A stretch of 32,000 nucleotides of DNA from Candidatus Saccharimonadota bacterium (GTDB lineage: Bacteria > Patescibacteriota > Gracilibacteria > BD1-5 > UBA6164). This document shows, one piece after another, positions 29,821 to 32,000 of this stretch. Under the pieces are notes generated by a model. The model was not told the DNA's origin and did not search any database. It saw only the letters and a program-made list of their open reading frames with translations. The stretch lies in assembly GCA_004563595.2 (NCBI GenBank), contig CP042461.1, positions 480,001-512,000 of the forward strand. The letters run 5' to 3'. Positions within the stretch are counted from its first letter, which is position 1, and every line of letters begins with the position of its first letter. The position numbers and the translations under genes were made by a program.

Positions 29821-32000
29821 TTACTTCACTTTCAATTCATTTTTCACAATTTCAAGAGTTACAGATGTTGTTTTTGGATTCATAATTATTTTTTCTGCGA
29901 TTTGGTCTTCTACTTGATCTGTTATAAATCTTCTGATTTCTCTTGCTCAGAATTGAGGATTATATACGAATTTGGCTATGAAATTCAGTACTTTTGTATC
30001 ATAAGCTATTGTAACTCAAACATTTTCGAGTCTTGCTTCTAGATTTGCAATTTGGAGCTTAACTATTTTTTTAATATTCCCTTTATCAAGAGGCTTAAAT
30101 ACAATAACTTTATCAATTCTATTTACAAACTCAGGAGAGAAGTAGTCAGTGAGATTTTCTTTTATTTTTGTACTTGCTTTTTCATAGTCAGCCATAACGG
30201 AATCTTCTTGTTCACCTGATGCATCAAAACCAATTCTATGTGCTTTTTCCATAAATTCTTCTTGTCAGATATTCGAAGTCATTATGATAATGGTATTTTT
30301 GAAATTTACCTGTCTTCATTTGTTATCTGTAAGAGTTCAGTCCTCCAAAATTTGGAGAAGAATATTATAGACCTCAAAATCTCATTTTTCAATTTCATCA
30401 AAAAGAATAACTGAATATGGTTTTTTTCTTACTTTTTCAGTGAGCATCCCACCTTCTTCATATCATACATATCAAGCATTTGATCCGATGAGTTTATTTA
30501 CAGCAGTTTTATCTGAATATTCACTCATGTCTATTTTGATAAGAGCATCTTTGTCATCATAAAATTCTTTTGCAAGGACTTTTACAAGTTCAGTTTTTCA
30601 TACTCATGTTGGCCCGAGGAATAGGAAACTTCATAATGGTCTATTTGGATTTCAAATTCCAGCCTTGCTTCTCATAATTGATTTTACGATATTTTCACAT
30701 GCTTCATCTTGACCAATAATACTTTTTTTAATATCCTTTGGTAAGTTCTTAAGCTTATCAATTTCGTGTTTATTTAAATTTGAAATAGGTATTCAGGTAG
30801 CAATATGGAGTACTTTTTGTACATCATCAAGTGTGACACTGAGTCTTTTTTCTTTTGGAATGGTAAATTTTTTCTTTGCTTCAATAATTTTTGCTTCGAG
30901 CTCAGCTTGATCTTCTTTGAGTTTATATGCTTTCTTGTATGATTGAGCGATAACTGCTTGCTCTATATTTTTTTGGAGAGATGCGATTTTTTCACGGAGT
31001 TTTTTTGTTTCTGTTTCATCAAAATTATACTTCATACTTTTTATACTACAAGCCTCATCAATAAGATCAATAGCTTTATCAGGTAAGTATTTATCCGTCA
31101 CATATCTCATTGATAGATCCACTGCTCATTTTACAGCATCAAAATCTATATTAAGGTTATGATAGTTTTCAAAAGATTCTTTGAGCCCATCAATAATTTG
31201 AGTAGCTATTTCTCTCGAAGGTTCATTTACTACAATCTTTTGAAACCTCCTTTCAAGTGCTGAATCTTTTTCTATATATTTTTGATATTCATTATTTGTA
31301 GTTGCTCAGATAACTCTTATTTTTCCTCTTCCCATTGCTGGTTTGAGTATATTTGAAGCATCAAGTGTTCATTCTCAACCTCAAGCTCAAATAATAGTAT
31401 GGATCTCGTCTATAAATAAGATAATTTCATTTTCTACTTTTGAAGCTTCTTCAATGACTTGCTTAATTCTTGATTCAAATTCTCATCTGTATTTTGTCCC
31501 TGCGATCAAAGAAGACATATCAAGTGACAAGACCCTTTTATCTTTCATTGAAAAAGGAACTTTTCATTCTATTATTTTGAGAGCCAATCCCTCTACAATA
31601 GCAGTTTTTCCAACTCAAGGTTCTCATACCAGAGCAGGATTATTTTTTGTTTTCCTATTTAATATTGCTATGAGTCTTTCGATTTCTTTATCTCTTCAAA
31701 GTATAACATCAAATTTTCAATCTCTTGCTTCTTTTGTCAGGTCATTTGAAAAGAAATCAAGTGCAGGAGTAGTAGATTCTTCTTTTTTATTGGTTTGCTC
31801 TTTATTGAGATCAAAAGGTGTGGTATCTCATTCTAAATTTTCCTCTCAAAGAAGGTTCTGAGTTAATGCTCATAATAATTTATCAATAGAATCATCTGCT
31901 AAATTCACATTTGTATTACTTGTTCAATATCATCCATTTTTTAATCCATCAATGGTTCATAATTTATTGAGATCTGTAAGGTTTGTGTCTATATCAGTTG
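29821..32000 (-). CDS. clpC: AAA+ chaperone ATPase, ClpC/ClpB family (N-terminus outside window)
   Basis: D1 Walker A is [16 protein letters not shown] (TGA at 31624-26 and 31615-17). Also seen: ...[14 protein letters not shown]..., [17 protein letters not shown], and a short coiled-coil middle domain. D2 is FLFLGPTGVGKTELVK...[10 protein letters not shown]...IIIMTSNIG...[18 protein letters not shown]. The stop is TAA 29823-29821. The short M-domain favours ClpC over ClpB. Confidence 0.9.

Noticed and set aside
31343-31861. Long standard-code ORFs in the supplied track that lie antisense to recognisable genes. Examples are 31343-31861 (+, 172 aa), 14483-15055 (-, 190 aa), 25199-25591 (+), 7626-8015 (-), 6207-6779 (+) and 2574-2858 (+).
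   Set aside because: Each lies opposite a long code-25 frame encoding a protein with clear family motifs (clpC, secD, map, the 1335-aa ORF, rseP, ribE). Their translations are low-complexity and Ser/Phe/Ile-rich, typical of shadow ORFs in AT-rich DNA.
1-32000. Interpretation of the fragmented ORFs as a field of pseudogenes or a heavily degraded region.
   Set aside because: The interruptions are exclusively TGA, never TAA or TAG, and they fall at conserved glycine positions. Frames are maintained over kilobases with no frameshifts.
1-32000. Genetic code 4 (TGA = Trp, Mycoplasma/Spiroplasma-like), which the low GC content would suggest.
   Set aside because: TGA aligns with invariant Gly in Walker A, HELGH, GLGNPG, GIGG and LGLDLQGG, and with GGT/GGA in in-window paralogs. 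Trp positions use TGG.

Overview
This is a strongly AT-rich 32-kb chromosomal window from a bacterium that reads TGA as glycine (translation table 25). That code points to Gracilibacteria/BD1-5 or Absconditabacteria/SR1 in the CPR/Patescibacteria. The supplied standard-code ORF track is therefore badly fragmented, and many of its entries are antisense shadows. Re-reading by hand with only TAA/TAG as stops gives about 31 tightly packed CDSs. All of them end in TAA except map and A4, which end in TAG. Recognisable housekeeping genes are ribE, ribH, a riboflavin-kinase fusion, a SpoT-like HD hydrolase, tgt, a second HD protein, rseP, rlmN, secD, murC, pth, a XerC/D recombinase, map, a GGCT-like enzyme and clpC (partial). 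Several intrinsic terminators are shared by convergent genes. I saw no rRNA, tRNA, CRISPR array, transposase or prophage block. The main candidate for an undescribed system is a + strand operon at 15131-21479. It contains a 519-aa secreted protein followed by the tandem array A1-B1-A2-B2-A3-A4. The A genes encode signal-peptide proteins with a conserved decapeptide-repeat, tail-fibre-like stalk and a divergent cysteine-containing head. The B genes encode two 162-aa proteins with a signal peptide and a C-terminal membrane anchor. Other items worth a second look: a 1335-aa orphan protein in its own transcription unit, an orphan pilin-like gene, and a reverse-order riboflavin kinase::RibL-like nucleotidyltransferase fusion. 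There is also a 106-bp GC-rich nested palindrome between map and the Xer recombinase gene, two large secreted orphan proteins co-oriented with map, and a small TGA-depleted gene insulated by hairpins. All functional calls come from by-eye motif recognition. No database search was run.
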